Assembly: GCF_004010195.1 (NCBI RefSeq)
Contig: NC_057718.1
Location: forward strand, 11,952,385-12,016,384
Length of the DNA stretch: 64,000 bases
From: Chiloscyllium plagiosum
Lineage: Eukaryota
Direction: 5' to 3'
Both the position numbers and the translations under genes were made by a program. The notes under the pieces are model-generated. The model was not told the origin of the DNA, ran no database searches, and saw nothing but the letters and a program-made list of their open reading frames with translations. Position 1 is the first letter of the stretch, and every line of letters begins with the position of its first letter. Below are positions 1-12,569 of the stretch, piece by piece.

Positions 1-360
1 AAGAGGTCGAGGGCAGGTAATAGGCCAGTGCGGGGTGTCCAGGTGGATGCAGTGTGTTGGAGGTGGGCGAAGGGGTCCTTGGAAGGTGGGCGGGAGTCCT
101 GATTGTGAAAGTAAGCTCGGAGGCGTGGACGGAGGGGGATGAAGGTGAGTCCTTTGCTGAGGACTGATCGTTCATCCTCAGTGAGTGGGAGGTCTGGAGG
201 GATGGTGAAAACTCGGCAGGGCTGGGATCTGGTGTGGGTGTGGAGCTGGGAGTGGGGTCGGAGCCAGTACCTGGATTGGGTGTGATGGTGGGGGGGAATG
301 GGGATGGAGGCATGAGCAGGGGTAGTGTTCCCCTCGGGGTTCTGGGGGGTGGGGATAGTG
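1..360 (-). mobile_element. Penelope-like element, N-terminal ORF fragment (runs off window start)
   Basis: Minus strand reads QPCRVFTIPPDLPLTEDERSVLSKGLTFIPLRPR..LRAYFHNQDSRPPSKDPFAHLQ. The LSKGLxFxP motif is typical of PLE N-termini. Shares gcttactttcacaatcaggactcccgcccacct with the PLE at 39128-39159. Confidence 0.8.
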
Positions 361-600
361 ACTTATCTTCAGTCCCTTCATCCAAATCATTGATATAAAT
401 AATAAAGAGTTTCAGCCCCAGCAGCTATCCATGTGGCACACTGTTCATGATATCTTGCCAGCCTGAACAATCCCCTCTTAATTCTACTCTGTATTCTGGT
501 AGCCAGCCAATTTTCTGTCATGCCAATATGTTAGCTCAGCACCATGAGCTTTTAATTTCCACAATAACCATTGTTTTGGCTTCTGGTCAATTATCGCCTG
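361..600 (-). mobile_element. Degraded CR1 LINE RT fragment
   Basis: Minus strand reads VPHG*LLGLKLFIIYINDLDEGTEDK, a decayed GVPQGSVLGP..FxIYINDLD motif. Confidence 0.7.
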
Positions 601-1614
601 TTAAATTAAAATGATAAATCTGTGAGTCCAAAATAAGTAAATAAACTTCCAGATATCTGTCTCAATAAGAACCACCTCTGTAAAATATGTTACATGGGTT
701 AACGTAGAGAAAATCACATCACATTAAGTATCCTTCATGCAAGAATATTTCTGATAATGATTGTTAGAATAGTAGAACATATACTGTGAAACATCAAGGC
801 TTGCAGCTTCTCTTCAACACTGATGTTAGCACTTTATAAAGCTTCTATAGGTCCAGTGATGTAACCTTATAACTTGACAATTATATGCTTGACAAAACTG
901 GAAAATAAACTTATGCCTGATTTTAAGATTCACAGAAATCCTAAACCATGACAACAGTAGGACTGAATGAAAATGACTTCACTTTAAAACAGAAGGTATC
1001 CTCTTTTGCAATGCAGCAACATGGCCAGGTTGTCAGGCATTCATAGCAGCAGCATCACAGGACTTGCTGATACTTAAACCAGGAACCACGTTTATGCTCG
1101 GCACACCAGCAGTCTGCTTCCATACAAAAAATGTCTTTGTGAAATATAATAACACTCAGTTCCTATCTGTAGAACTATCTCAGAGACAATTATGAAATTT
1201 AATGCACCTAAGCTTTGGAGACTGCAGTAGATCATGGGAGCTCTGAGTTTGTTCCTGGCACAAACTTCCTGCTTCTTTCTACTTGCTGTCAGTAACTGCC
1301 AGGATCAATTATGTAAGATATCAGTGTCCTTTGCAGTTGCCTCCAGATGTAGTCTGTTCATATACGATGGAAATACTTCTGTAAGTTTTACTTGCAATTC
1401 ATTATATCCATTAATAAATAAGTACAATAATAAATTTGTTTATTCCTGTTACATTAATCACTTAAAAACAGTTCAAAGAAAGTGGCTTGATGAATTAATG
1501 TCTCAAAATCAGTCTGAACCATAGGCACTCTATACGGTGCCAAGTTGAATCTTTAATCTGTGCTGTTCGCTAAACCCAACTAGAGCAGCAGTGAGAAAGC
1601 TGTATTTGACAATA

Positions 1615-2140
1615 GGAAAAAAGAATGACTTGCACTTATACTGTGCTTTTCATAACAACCAAATACTTTACAGCCAAGAAGTACATTTTAAGTTACTCAC
1701 TGTTGTAATGTAGGAAACTTGGCAGCCAATTTGCTGGCATCAAGTTCCTGCAAGCAGCAATGTGACCACAACCAGGTAATCAATTTGGTGAAAACCAGAA
1801 GAACTGCAGATGCTGGAAATCAGAAATAAAAACTGAAATTGCTGGAAAAGCTCAACAGGTCTGGCAGCATCTGTGGAGAGAAATCGTACTTAACATTTCA
1901 GGTCTAGCGACCCTTCTTTAGTTCTGAAGAACCAAAACGTTAAATCAATTTTGTAATATTGATTGAGGGAGACATATTGGCCAAGACACAGGGGGAGCTT
2001 TCCTGCTTGTCTTTGAAATAGAACCATGGGTTCTTTTAAATCCATCCAAGTGGGCTATAGTTTAACGGCTCATCTGCAAGATGGCTCCTCGAACAATACA
2101 GCACTCCTTAGCACTGAGTGTCAGATTTGATTTTCGTGCA
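1615..2140 (-). mobile_element. DeuSINE (SacSINE1/AmnSINE-like) interrupted at ~1790-1942 by a hammerhead-type mini-element
   Basis: cactgttgtaatgtaggaaac..ggcagccaatttg and ttgattgaggg..atattggcca..acac..ccatggg match my recall of the Deu-domain consensus. aatcaattt is repeated on both sides of the insert. Confidence 0.7.
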
Positions 2141-3264
2141 GAAATTGTGAGCTATAGTGCCTCTAGGGTAGGGTCGAAAAAATTGCCCAGGTTCCCCATC
2201 ACTGAGCAATTATTTTTTCCCAGATGTGTGGGAGCTTAATACTGACAGGGTGGAACTATTATAGCATGTCCTTGTCCACCAGATAGTTCTCTAAAACTCA
2301 CTGTCAACACTCAAATTTATGATGCTCACTTGAATGAGGCAAAGTTGGGTGACTCCTACCTGTAGAAGCATTTCCCAGTGAAGATGTGGACACTTTTAGA
2401 AAGGGAACAATCAAAGATTGGGGAAGAAAACATCTTTTTTAAAATCTGATTTAATTTGTTCACCAATCACATTCAAATTTAGGACAATAGAAATTGTCTG
2501 TGGGAAGAAGTTAATTCTTTGGTATTTTGTTGCAGTGTTTGAGAAATAAACACGCAATAGAATCAATGGATGATGCATTTTTCAACCTCCAAGTATTTTT
2601 CCTGATTATCTAGGGTTCAAAAGAGTACAGTAGTACATGGTCAATTTATGACAGGAAAGCTTCAGTTAGAAAAACTTTAACATCTTTGAAATAAAGTAAA
2701 AGATAAAATAAGAGCATTTAAGAGCATTCTGAGAAAATATATTTCTATTAAGTTTGTAAAAAGGGTATTTGAAAATAGCAGCAAAATCCCTGGTGTAAAA
2801 ATCTGAAAGGCAAGCAAGTCTCTTTGTGGAAAGAATCCTTCACCATGGCAAATCTTAAACCACTTGGTCAAATTTATTAGGTAAATTCATGCCTGAGTTA
2901 CTATTAAGTTATATTTTTGTAAACATTCTCAGCTATCATTTGACTACAACAAATGTATAATGAGCACACATAAACAACCTGGAATAGAGAAATAAAGGGC
3001 GAGAACATCAGCAGACGGAGGCCTGTAAATAACATTTGACAAAGTATTAAAAATCTGGCATCCAGCAATAAAATTTAAAGTCAGAATATATTCAACATTT
3101 TAAACTGTCTGACAATTTTATAATACATTATATTTTATCCTGATACATTTACTGCACAAGAAATATCCAGGTCTAAGTGCTGAATAGCAATTGTTTCACT
3201 AAGTAGGGACCTAAAATCCGCTTAAAAGGAAGAACATTCACTATGATTCTGTGTGTAACACTAT

Positions 3265-4820
3265 ACATCCAGGGAAGTTATTTGGGTGGAGCTGAGAAAT
3301 AAGAAAGGGATGATCACCGTATTGGGATTGTATTATAGACCCCTTAATAGTCACCTGGAAATTGACAAACAATTTTGTAAGGAGATTTTAGTTATCTGTA
3401 AGAATAATAGGGTAGTTATGGTAGGGGATTTTAACTTTGCAAACATAGACTGGGACTGCCATAGTGTTAAGGGTTTAGATGGAGAGGAATAAGTGTGTAC
3501 AAGAAAATTTTCTGATTCAGTATGTGGACGTACCTACTAGAGAAGGTGCAAAACTTGACCTACTCTTGGGATATAAGGCAGGGCAGGTGACTGAGGTGTC
3601 AGAGGGTAAGCACTCTGGGGCCAGTGACCATAATTCTATTCGTTTTAAAATAATGATGGAAAAGGATAGACCAGATCTAAAAGTTGAAGTTCTAAATTGG
3701 AGAAAGGCCAATTTTGATGGTATTAGGCAAGAACTTTCAAAAGCTGATTGGGGGCAGATATTCACAGGTAAAGGGATGGCTGGAAAATGGGAAGCCTTCA
3801 GAAATGAGATAACGAGAGTCCAGAGACAGGATATTCCTGTTAGGGTGAAAAGAAAGGCTGATAGGCATAGGGAATGCTGGATGACTAAAGAAATTGAGGG
3901 TTTGGTTAAGAAAAAGAAGGAAGTATATGTCAGGTATAGAGAGGATAAATCGAGTGAATCTTTAGAAGTGTGTAAAGGTAGTAGGAGTACACCTAAGAGA
4001 GAAATCAGGAGGGCAAAAAGGGGACATGAGATAGCTTTGGCAAATAGAGTTAAGGAGAATCCAAAGGATTTTTAACAAATACATTAAGGATAAAAGGGTA
4101 ATTAGGGAAAGAATAGGGCCCCTCAAAGATCAGCAAGGCAGCCTTTGCGTGGAGCCGCAGGAGATGGGGGAGATACTAAACGATCATTTTGCATCAGTAT
4201 TTAATGTGAAAAAGGACATGGAATATATAGAATGTAGGGAAATAAATGGTGGCATCTTGGAAAATGTCCACATTACAGACGAGGAAGTGCTTGATATCTT
4301 GAAACGCATAAATATGGATAAATCCCCAAGACCTGATCAGGTGTATCCGAGAACTCTGTGGGAAGCTAGGGAAAGGATTGCTGGACCTCTGATATATTTG
4401 TATCATCGATAGTCACAGGTGAGGTGCCAGAAGACTGAAGGTTGGCTAACGTGGTGCTACTGTTTAAGAAAGATGGTAAGAACAAGCCAGGGAACTGTAG
4501 ACCAGTGAGCCTGATGTCGGTGATGGGCAAGCTGTTGGAGAGAATCCTGAGGGACAGAATGTACATGTATTTGGAAAGGCAAGGACTGATTAGGGATAGT
4601 CAGCTTGGCTTTGTACGTGGGAAATCATGTCTCACAAACTTGATTGAGTTTTTTGAAGAAGTAACAAAGAGGATTGATGAGGGCAGAGCAGTAGATGTGA
4701 TCTATATGGACTTCAGTAAGGTATTCGACAAGGTTCCTCGTGGGAAACTGGTTAGCAAAGTTAGATCTCATGGAATACAGGGAGAACTAGCCATTTGGAT
4801 ACAGAACTGGCTCAAAGACT
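3265..4820 (+). mobile_element. CR1 (HER1-like) LINE ORF2 fragment: APE endonuclease plus start of RT, frameshifted, truncated at both ends
   Basis: ORFs 3286-3492, 3479-4075, 4149-4412 and 4442-4822 contain VMVGDFNFANIDW, SDHNSI, DKSPRPD, GFVRGKSCLTNLIEFF and YMDFSKVFDKVP. Same subfamily as 58171-61035. Confidence 0.95.
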
Positions 4821-5479
4821 GATTTCACTGATCCAGAGGCCTAGGCCAAAAATTCATGGGCTCAAATCCCATCATGGTGGCTCGTGGAATGGAAAAAAGT
4901 CATGTAGTGTGTCCCTACCAATCTATTTTCACATCGTTCTGCACCAGAGGTGTATCATGTCTGAACAGGTTGATAAATAACTATGAGGAAGCACTTACTG
5001 ACACAGGAGGACAGCAAAGTCATGAGATGTATATCTATGAAATTTATCTCTGAATAAATCCTTTCCTACTAAATACTGGCTTCTCTCCTCACGAACTGGT
5101 TATTAGGAGTGTAGCACAAAGAACCACAGAAGAATGAAGACAGTCCCAGAGATGCAACAATAGAACATTGTCCTTCTGTGCCATTTTCAGGGTACTTCTA
5201 ATCAATTTGCATCAGGCAAAGGGTTGATATTAGATTCTAACACTAATTTCAGTATTAATATTGAGAAGAATCCAACACGTTGCAGTGTTATCTGACTTTG
5301 TCTCAGTACCAGAAATATGTGCATCAGTTCTTCCTAAAAGAGACGTCCCAGATCAATATTCCAACCCACATGGATGTTTTACCCATAATTTGTCAGATTT
5401 TGGGACAAATTGGAAAGGACAACAGTCATTCCTTCCAGAAAACCATCTAGTTGCAGAATGAGTAACTATATACCCATAT

Positions 5480-5990
5480 AGGAAACAGGAGCAAGAATAG
5501 ACCATTCAGCTCATCAAGTCTTCCCTGCCATTCAACTATATCATGTCTGATCTTCTACCCCAATAGCATTTTCTTACACTACCCCTTATTCCATGATGTC
5601 TTTAACATCTTGAAACTTATTAACTATCACCTTGAATATACTTAATAACTGACTGTCCACAGAAATCTGGGTGGAGAGTTCAAAAAATTCAACATTGCCT
5701 AAGTGAAGAAACTCTTCCTCATCCTAGTCCTAAATGGCTTATCTCTTTCTGAGACCGTGTCCCCTGATTCTAGAGTCCACCTGCCAGAGAAACATCCTTC
5801 CTGCATCTATCCCATCAGGTCTTGTAAGAATTTTTCAAGTTTCTATGCGATCACCTTTCCTCCTTCTAAACTCTATAAAATAGAGGCCCATTCTTTTCAA
5901 TCTCTCCTCATAGGCAAATCTCACTATCCCAGAATCAGTTTGATGAAATCTTTATGTGCTTCTTTACAGAAAGTATACCCTTCTTTAGGT
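5480..5990 (-). mobile_element. Old CR1 LINE 3' end
   Basis: ataggaaacaggagcaagaatagaccattcagc tail and gtgaagaaactcttcctcatc..gtcctaaatgg (reverse of RPFRT..RKSFF). Confidence 0.7.
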
Positions 5991-6261
5991 AAAATGACTG
6001 AAATCTGTTGTGAGTTTACCTCTGAGTCTTCCACCTGATGCAGTAACACTTTTCAGTCCCTGTATCTAAAGAAACACATACCGGCATTGGAGGCAGCACA
6101 GAAAAGGATCACTAGGTTCATGCTGAGCATGGAAGGATGAGAGGTTCAGCAAATTATGCTTGTACTCATTAGAGTGTAGAAGAATAAGAGGAGACTTTAT
6201 TGAAACATATGTAAGATTCTTAGGGGGCTTGATATGTAGATGTTGAGAGGTTGCATCCTCT

Positions 6262-6712
6262 TCTGAGCCTCCTGACCTGGCATAGCAACGTCCTGGCCTG
6301 ACATAGCAGCCTCCTGTGGCACCCTCCCAGCATAGCATGGTGGCCTCCCAGCATGACATAGTGGCCTCCCCAGCTGGTGCAGTGGCCTCAAGGGGTGGCG
6401 TCCTCTTGGCCCAGCGAGGCAGTCTTAAGCAACCTCCCAGCCTCATGATCTTCAAGGTGAAGCCCGGCATGGTCTGGAGCCAGGGTCCAGTGCGGACTGG
6501 AGGCTAGGTGCCACCGTTGTATGGATTGGAAAAGGGCAGTTCCACATATTTATTTCTGCAATACTGGCCATTTTATTTCTATATTAACTAAAGAAGCTGT
6601 GCCGAGGTACCTTTGTACCTAAGGTGGCACTGTAAGTTGGGACATATGAACTTAAACTGTACTCTTTTGAGTATAGGGATAATAAAGCTCATTCATTCAT
6701 TCATTCATTCAC
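6262..6712 (+). mobile_element. Non-autonomous retroelement with GC-rich degenerate internal repeats and a Rex1/Babar-like tail, inserted in a CR1 remnant
   Basis: Repeated (gcat)ggtggcctcccag units, then aggtacctttgtacct..ctgtaagt..aataaagc(tcat)n. Clearly homologous to 52130-53135, and its tail matches 44506-44630. Confidence 0.7.
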
Positions 6713-6719
6713 ATAGGCT

Positions 6720-7480
6720 AGCTGATCAGATGGGCTGAACAGTGACAAATAGAATTTAATCCTGAAAAATGAAAGGTGATGTAATTTGGGAGGACCCGGG
6801 AGTACACATTTAACTGTAGGACCTGAGGATCAGAGGAACCTCAGTGCACTTAAAGACGGCAGAACAGAAAAAATAAAAAATAAAAAAAACGAAAAATAAG
6901 GTGGTTATCAGGCATACAAGGTCATGATGGAGCTTAAACAACATTAGTTAGGCCATAGCTGGAGTACTGTGTGCAGTTCTGGTCACAATACAACAGGAAC
7001 GATGTGATTCCAATGGAGGAGATGCTTAGAAGATTCACTAGGATGTTGCCTGTGCTGGAGCAATTCCGCTTGGAACAGAGACTAGAGAGACTGGGATTGT
7101 TTTCTTTAGAGCAGAAAAGACTGAGTGGACCCTGATGGAGGTGTACAAAGTTATGAGGGGCACAGATAGCGTAGGTGGGATAGTACAGGGCCAATAACTA
7201 GGTGGCACAGTTTCAATGTTAGGAGCAGGAGGTTTAGAGGGGATATGAGAAAAAGAGGCAGATGGTTATCTGGAATTCACTGCCTAAAATGGTGGTTGAG
7301 ACAGGAACCCTCAAGACATTTACAAAGCATTTAGATGAGCACTTGAAACACCATAGCTTACAAGGCTATGAGCCAAATGTTGGAAAATGGGATTAGAATA
7401 AATAGATGCTTGATGATTGATGTAGACAAAATGGGCCGAAGGGCCTTTTGCTATGCTGTTAAAAACCTATGACACTATAG
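6720..7480 (+). mobile_element. CR1 LINE 3' end
   Basis: LEYCVQFWS..FTRMLPVLE..LGLFSLEQKRL peptide and gggccgaagggcct..ctatgacactata tail. Confidence 0.85.
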
Positions 7481-8754
7481 ACAATACTCCTGGTGTAGTC
7501 TGACAAACTACTATGCAACTGTAACAAGATATAGTATAAGCTAAATGCGTGCTTTATTGTCATACTATCCAAACCTGTAAAATAACTATGTTATACTTCT
7601 TATGAATAATGTAATAAACCTACTTCTTGTTAAAACTATCCTTAGATAATTGAAATTTCTGCTCAATTGTCTCAATTCTTGAGACAAAATATGTTCTTGA
7701 TGAAACATAACAGACTGTATAGAGTAGATAATACTATAATTTTGTATTGGTTACGTGATATTTTAAATCAGTATATTCAATTGTAGCCTACGTCTTACTG
7801 AATATTATCTATAACTATATGTCATTGCATTTTGCCACTGTAATTTTCAGAAATGAATGCCTACAGTAGTATTAAAAACAAGGCAACTGGCAGTTTCTTC
7901 ACTGGTTAAATCTCATTTATGGAACTTGGGTTCACTCCCAACTTCAACTGCAATCACACTGACAATCCAATAAAAAGATAGTTTTGTATATATAGCTGTT
8001 TTTAATTTCATCTTTTAATTTTGCATCACTAAATCATAGAATCATACAGCATCAAAAAATGCCATTTGGCAAATTGCATTAAAGACAATATCCTGGATTT
8101 ATCAGTCAATGGCAAAGGAATGGTATTTGACATTGACTTCCCTGATGACTATAAGCACTGTGTGGGCTTTTGAGCAGAGAGTAGCTCTGATCCAGCACGT
8201 TTTCCTCATCAGGGCTAATGTGAACACAACAAATAAAGATCAGTCTCTTCTTACATTCAGTCTGAAATAACTTCATTGAGACATGCAGAGTCAAAACCAA
8301 GAATGATAAAGCGCTAAATATACATTATAGTCAAATCAAGTATAGGAAGTTAAATAAAGATCAGAAAGACTAGTTAGAATGAGAGAAAAATCCTCCAACC
8401 TTTCTTAATCTCTACAGAAATAAGACTTCACACTTTTAACATGAAATTTTCAGGGTCAGAGAGGTTTTATATATACAAGTAATTATACCCATCACACTGT
8501 TGAAAATTCAAATACTCCTGCATGTAGAGGCCGAAACTCTTCCCAGCATCATTAGTGGAAAACTAGTAAACAAGTACCTGACGTTCATGCCAAAACATTG
8601 ACTTCCATGCTGAGTCCATCAGCAAGAAACAGTGCACCTTATAAAGGAGCTGGATATCTCTGACTGTAACTTCTGGATTTCCATATTTAAATGAGCAGAA
8701 TAGTGGCACTTGCCGCCAAATTTATTCCCCCAGAACAGTAAGTGCTGTTAATTT

Positions 8755-8960
8755 TGCATCTGATGAAAGCAGAGTCCTTGAATATTTTTAAGCAGAGGTA
8801 GATAGATTCTTGGTGAGTAAGAAGGTGAAATGTTATTAGGGTAGACAGGAATGTGAATTTGAATGTGGATAATCAGATCAACTGTGATCTTATTATATGG
8901 CAGTGAAGGAGTGAGGGGCTGAATATTCTACTCCTGCTCCTGGTTTAAATGGTCATATCT
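8755..8960 (+). mobile_element. CR1 3' UTR fragment
   Basis: gcagaggtagatagattcttgg..atcagatcaactgtgatctta..ctactcctgctcct. Confidence 0.6.
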
Positions 8961-9299
8961 CTGTAAAATTCTGCATCATGTGATAGTTTACAATGATCGT
9001 TCTATGCCTAAATCCTAACCTGTCCCTGATAAAACTGTGTATTTTCCTGCTGTCGCTTGTGCAAAATTCATCCATAAATTTAAGAATCACCTTTAGCAGA
9101 ACAATTCTGGAATTCCCTAATAAATGGTATCATTTCCATTTAGCAATGTAATTCAAACAAAATATCTAGGACTCAAGTATTTTAGCTGTAGGTCACGAAA
9201 ATGATTTACAACAACAAAACTAACAATCCAGTATAACATCAAGTAAATGTATGATTTCACATGCTCCCTCTGAGGGATGTAAAGCATCCAATAACTTTG

Positions 9300-9625
9300 T
9301 GAGGAGAAGACCACAGAAGTTACACACAATGTCTGCTCAATATTCTTAATCCTCAACAACTGACACTGAAAATCATATTGTTGTAAAAACTGAAAGAACA
9401 GTGGATGCTGTAAATCAGAGACAAAAATAGAAATTTTGAGTTCTGAGGAAGGATCACTTGACCCGAAATGTTAACTCTGATTTCCCTTCACTGATGCTGC
9501 CAGACCTGCTGAGCTTTTCCAGCAAGTTCTATTTTCTTCCTGTCTGTGTTGTTGTACTGTGCACACATTGGCTGCCATTTTTCTACCATTCCAACAGGCT
9601 AACATTTGAAGATGATTTACACCGG
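9300..9625 (+). mobile_element. DeuSINE fragment split by a hammerhead-bearing mini-element (~9383-9540)
   Basis: Deu-like caatatt..cctcaacaac on the left and ctgtgcacacattggctgcc on the right. The insert has the family motif gatgctgccagacctgctgagcttttccagca. Confidence 0.6.
9438..9477 (+). ncRNA. Minimal type I hammerhead ribozyme motif
   Basis: GAGUU-CUGAGGA-A-GGAUC-ACUU-GACCC-GAAA-UGUU-AACUC. Stem I (GAGUU/AACUC) is perfect, both core boxes are intact, stem II has one mismatch. Confidence 0.7.
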
Positions 9626-9681
9626 TCTTAGGAGAGTTGTTGGGAAAACAGTAATGTCACTGGGCCAGAACACCAGAAGCT

Positions 9682-11025
9682 GAAAATGTGTTGCTGGAAA
9701 AGCGCAGCAGGTCAGGCAGCATCCAGGGAACAGGAGAATCGACGTTTCGGGCATAAGCCCTTCTTCAGGAATGAGGAAAGTGTGTCCAGCAGGCTAAGAT
9801 AAAAGGTAGGGAGGAGGGACTTGGGGGAGGGGCGTCGGAAATGTGATAGGTGGAAAGAGGTCAAGGTGAGGGTGATAGGTCAGACTGGGGTGGGGGGTGG
9901 ATGAGTCCAATGACCTGCATATCCTCGGTGGAGTGGGAGGGGGAGTTGAAATGCTGTGCCACAGGTTGGTTGGGTTGGTTCGTCCGGGTGGCCCAGAGGT
10001 GCTCTCTGAATCGCTCCGCAAGTAGGCGGCCTGTCTCCCCAATATAGAGGAGGCCACACCGGCTGCAGCGGATGCAGTAGATGATGTGGGTGGAGGTGCA
10101 GGTGAATCTGTGGCGGATATGGAAGTTTCCCTTGGGGCCTTGGAGAGAAGTGAGGGGGGAGGTGTGGGCGCAAGTGTTGCACCTCCTGCGGTTGCAAGGG
10201 AAGGTGCCGGGAGTGGTGGTTGGGTCGGTGGGGGGTGTGGATCTGACAAGGGAGTCGCGGAGGGAGTGGTCTCTACGGACAGCTGATAGGGGAGGGGAGG
10301 GAAATATATCCTTGGTGCTGGGGTCTGTTTGGAGGTGGCGGAAGTGACGGCGGATGATGCGCTGTACATGGAGATTGGTGGGGTGGTAGGTGAGGACCAG
10401 TGGGGTTCTGTCCTGGTGGCGGTTGGAGGGGCGGGGCTCAAGGGCGGAGGAGCGGGAAGTGGAGGAGATGCGGTTGAGGGCACCGTCGACCACGTCGGGG
10501 GGGGAGTTGCGGTCCTTGGAGAAGGAGGCCATCTGTGTTGTACGTATTTTGAACTGGTCCTCCTGGGAGCAGATGTGGCGGAGACGAAGGAATTGGGAGA
10601 ATGGGATGGTGTTTTTACAGGGGGCAGGATGGGAGGAGGTGTAGTCCAGTTAGCTGTGGGAGTCGGTCGGTTTGTAGTAGATGTCCGTGTTGATTCGGTC
10701 GCCTGAGGTAGAAATAGATAGGTCGAGGAAGGGGAGGGAGGAATCTGGGACTGTCCAGGTGAATTTGAGGTCGGGGTGGAAGGTGTTGGTGAAGTGGATG
10801 AACTGTTCAACCTCCTCGTGGGAGCACGAGGCGGCGCCGATACAGTCATCGATGTAGCGGAGGAAAAGGTGGGGGGTGGGGCCAGTGTAGTTGCGGAAGA
10901 TGGACTGTTCTACATATCCTATGAAGAGGCAGGCATAGTTGGGGCCCATGCGGGTGCCCATGGCTACTCCTTTCATTTGGAGGAAGTGGGAGGATTGGAA
11001 AGAGAAGTTGTTCAGGGTGAGGACA
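9682..11025 (-). mobile_element. 5'-truncated Penelope-like element (RT C-terminus, GIY-YIG endonuclease, 3' pLTR) with 17-bp TSD
   Basis: ORFs 10650-10976 (GVAMGTRMGPNYA, RYIDD, LPFLD, YYKPTD) and 9861-10532 (CNRRRCNTC, IIYCIRCSRCGLLYIGETGR..RFREH) are in one frame separated by a single TAA. TSD ccagaacaccagaagct at 9665-9681 and 11026-11042. Confidence 0.95.
9737..9772 (-). ncRNA. Minimal hammerhead ribozyme in PLE pLTR
   Basis: Minus strand AUUC-CUGAAGA-A-GGGC-UUAU-GCCC-GAAA-C-GUC-GAUU. Core intact, 4-bp stem II. Confidence 0.8.
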
Positions 11026-12569
11026 CCAGAACACCAGAAGCTCAGGCTAATACTCTGACGAGGTCAAAGTCTATCACTGCAGATGGTGAAATTCAATTTT
11101 TAAAAAATCTCAAACTAAAAGCTAGCCTTAAGAACGATGACCATTAAACTGTTATTCATCATCATAAAATTCCATTTCATTTACTTTAGCCCTTTATGGA
11201 AATAAATTGCCATCCTTAGCTGGTCTGTCCTAGAAACTGCCCTCTGAAATGGCCTAGCAAATTTAAAAGCATTTATGAAAAGGCTCCAAATGCCAGTGAT
11301 GCCCACATCCCATAAAAAAAATGCATTTAAGTTTAATTGATTATAAAGCACATTTTAAGTGCTTGAAGTTGTGAAAAGCAATAGATGAAAGTATCTTTGT
11401 TGTTGATTCCACCATTAGCAAACGACCCATCTCACTGGGTTAAAAAATGAAGCCTGTATGTCTGCAGGAACTCATACAAACTCAAAATAATTCATCTTCA
11501 AATTTACATTATTATGTTTGTGCCAAGCTAAAGGAGAATATTATGACTTTCCACAAAATTGGCAGCAATTTTGTCTGCCGTTCTAAGATTAGTTCTAGGC
11601 TCAAGGGAGGGAAAAAAATTGTACAATTCTGCTGCAATTGTTTGCAACCAGCTACCTCTGGTGCATGAACATATCCATTCTTGATTCCAGGAAGATTTTC
11701 TTTTGTCATCTGCAATACAAATGCAATATTTAACTGATTGCTGTAAAAGATTATGACTGCATTTGATGTTGAAAAGTGTACAATCTAACAGAATGTTGTC
11801 AAAAATTTCCTTATATTCCTTATAAAAATGTATAACTCTGCTCTGCCCTGTCCAGGTTCTGGTGAGCCAGGAAATAGTGCCCTGTAGGAGGTCAGTGAGA
11901 AATCAAAATGAATTGGTCACTTCATCCAATTTACAGCAAAGACCAGGAACCAATACCACCCACATAAAGCAAAGTTATTAAACTTAAAGAAAAATGAACT
12001 GCAAAGAAATTCTGAGGAATATAAACTGACACAAACTTAAGGAATTATACTAAATTTAAATGCTCAACTCATTGGAATTTAAGTTGAAGACATCAAGTCA
12101 CACTGAAAAGTCCTTGATATTCTCTCACCAAATACAATCTTGAAAAGTTAAGCTTTAGATTAAGGTTATAGTCCTGATAGCTCAATGAAATAAGAATTTA
12201 ATGCATCTCAAAAGAACATTGCAAAAACATCTCATATAGTGAATCAGATTCTTAATTTAATAAAATATTGTAATTTGAATAAAGCGAGGTGATTTCTGTC
12301 ACTGGTGATTTTTAAATTCCAGAATGCTCCATTTTTAATTTCTCCATCTCCAAAATATACTTCCAGATTTTTTCCTTGAAGATTTGAATTCCAACATAAG
12401 ATTTTCAAACACCTATACCTGCTCGTCCCTCAACAGATACTTTGATTTTGGGACGGAGGACAAGGGGTGTGAATAGAAGTGCAGGAAATGTACCAGTCAT
12501 GACCTAGTACCCTGTCAATCATGATGGCAAGATGACACCCTAAGTTTTCAAAAACAGAAGATATCTAGC

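Larger units (their letters stand above)
9650..11320 (+). mobile_element. tRNA-derived SINE (same family as 26540-26846 and 38570-39660) split by the PLE insertion
   Basis: gtaatgtcactgg|TSD|caggctaatactctg..gccatccttagctggtctg..actgccctctgaaatggcctagcaa..gatgcccacatcccataaaaaaaa. Confidence 0.75.

Noticed and set aside
4999..5049. Minus-strand cag..gtaagtg-bounded segment (DKFHRYTSHDFAVLLC)
   Set aside because: No recognisable protein similarity; not the expected next WDR27 exon.
9794..10849. 351-aa Pro/Ser/Thr-rich ORF
   Set aside because: Alternative frame of the C-rich Penelope coding strand, not a mucin-like gene.
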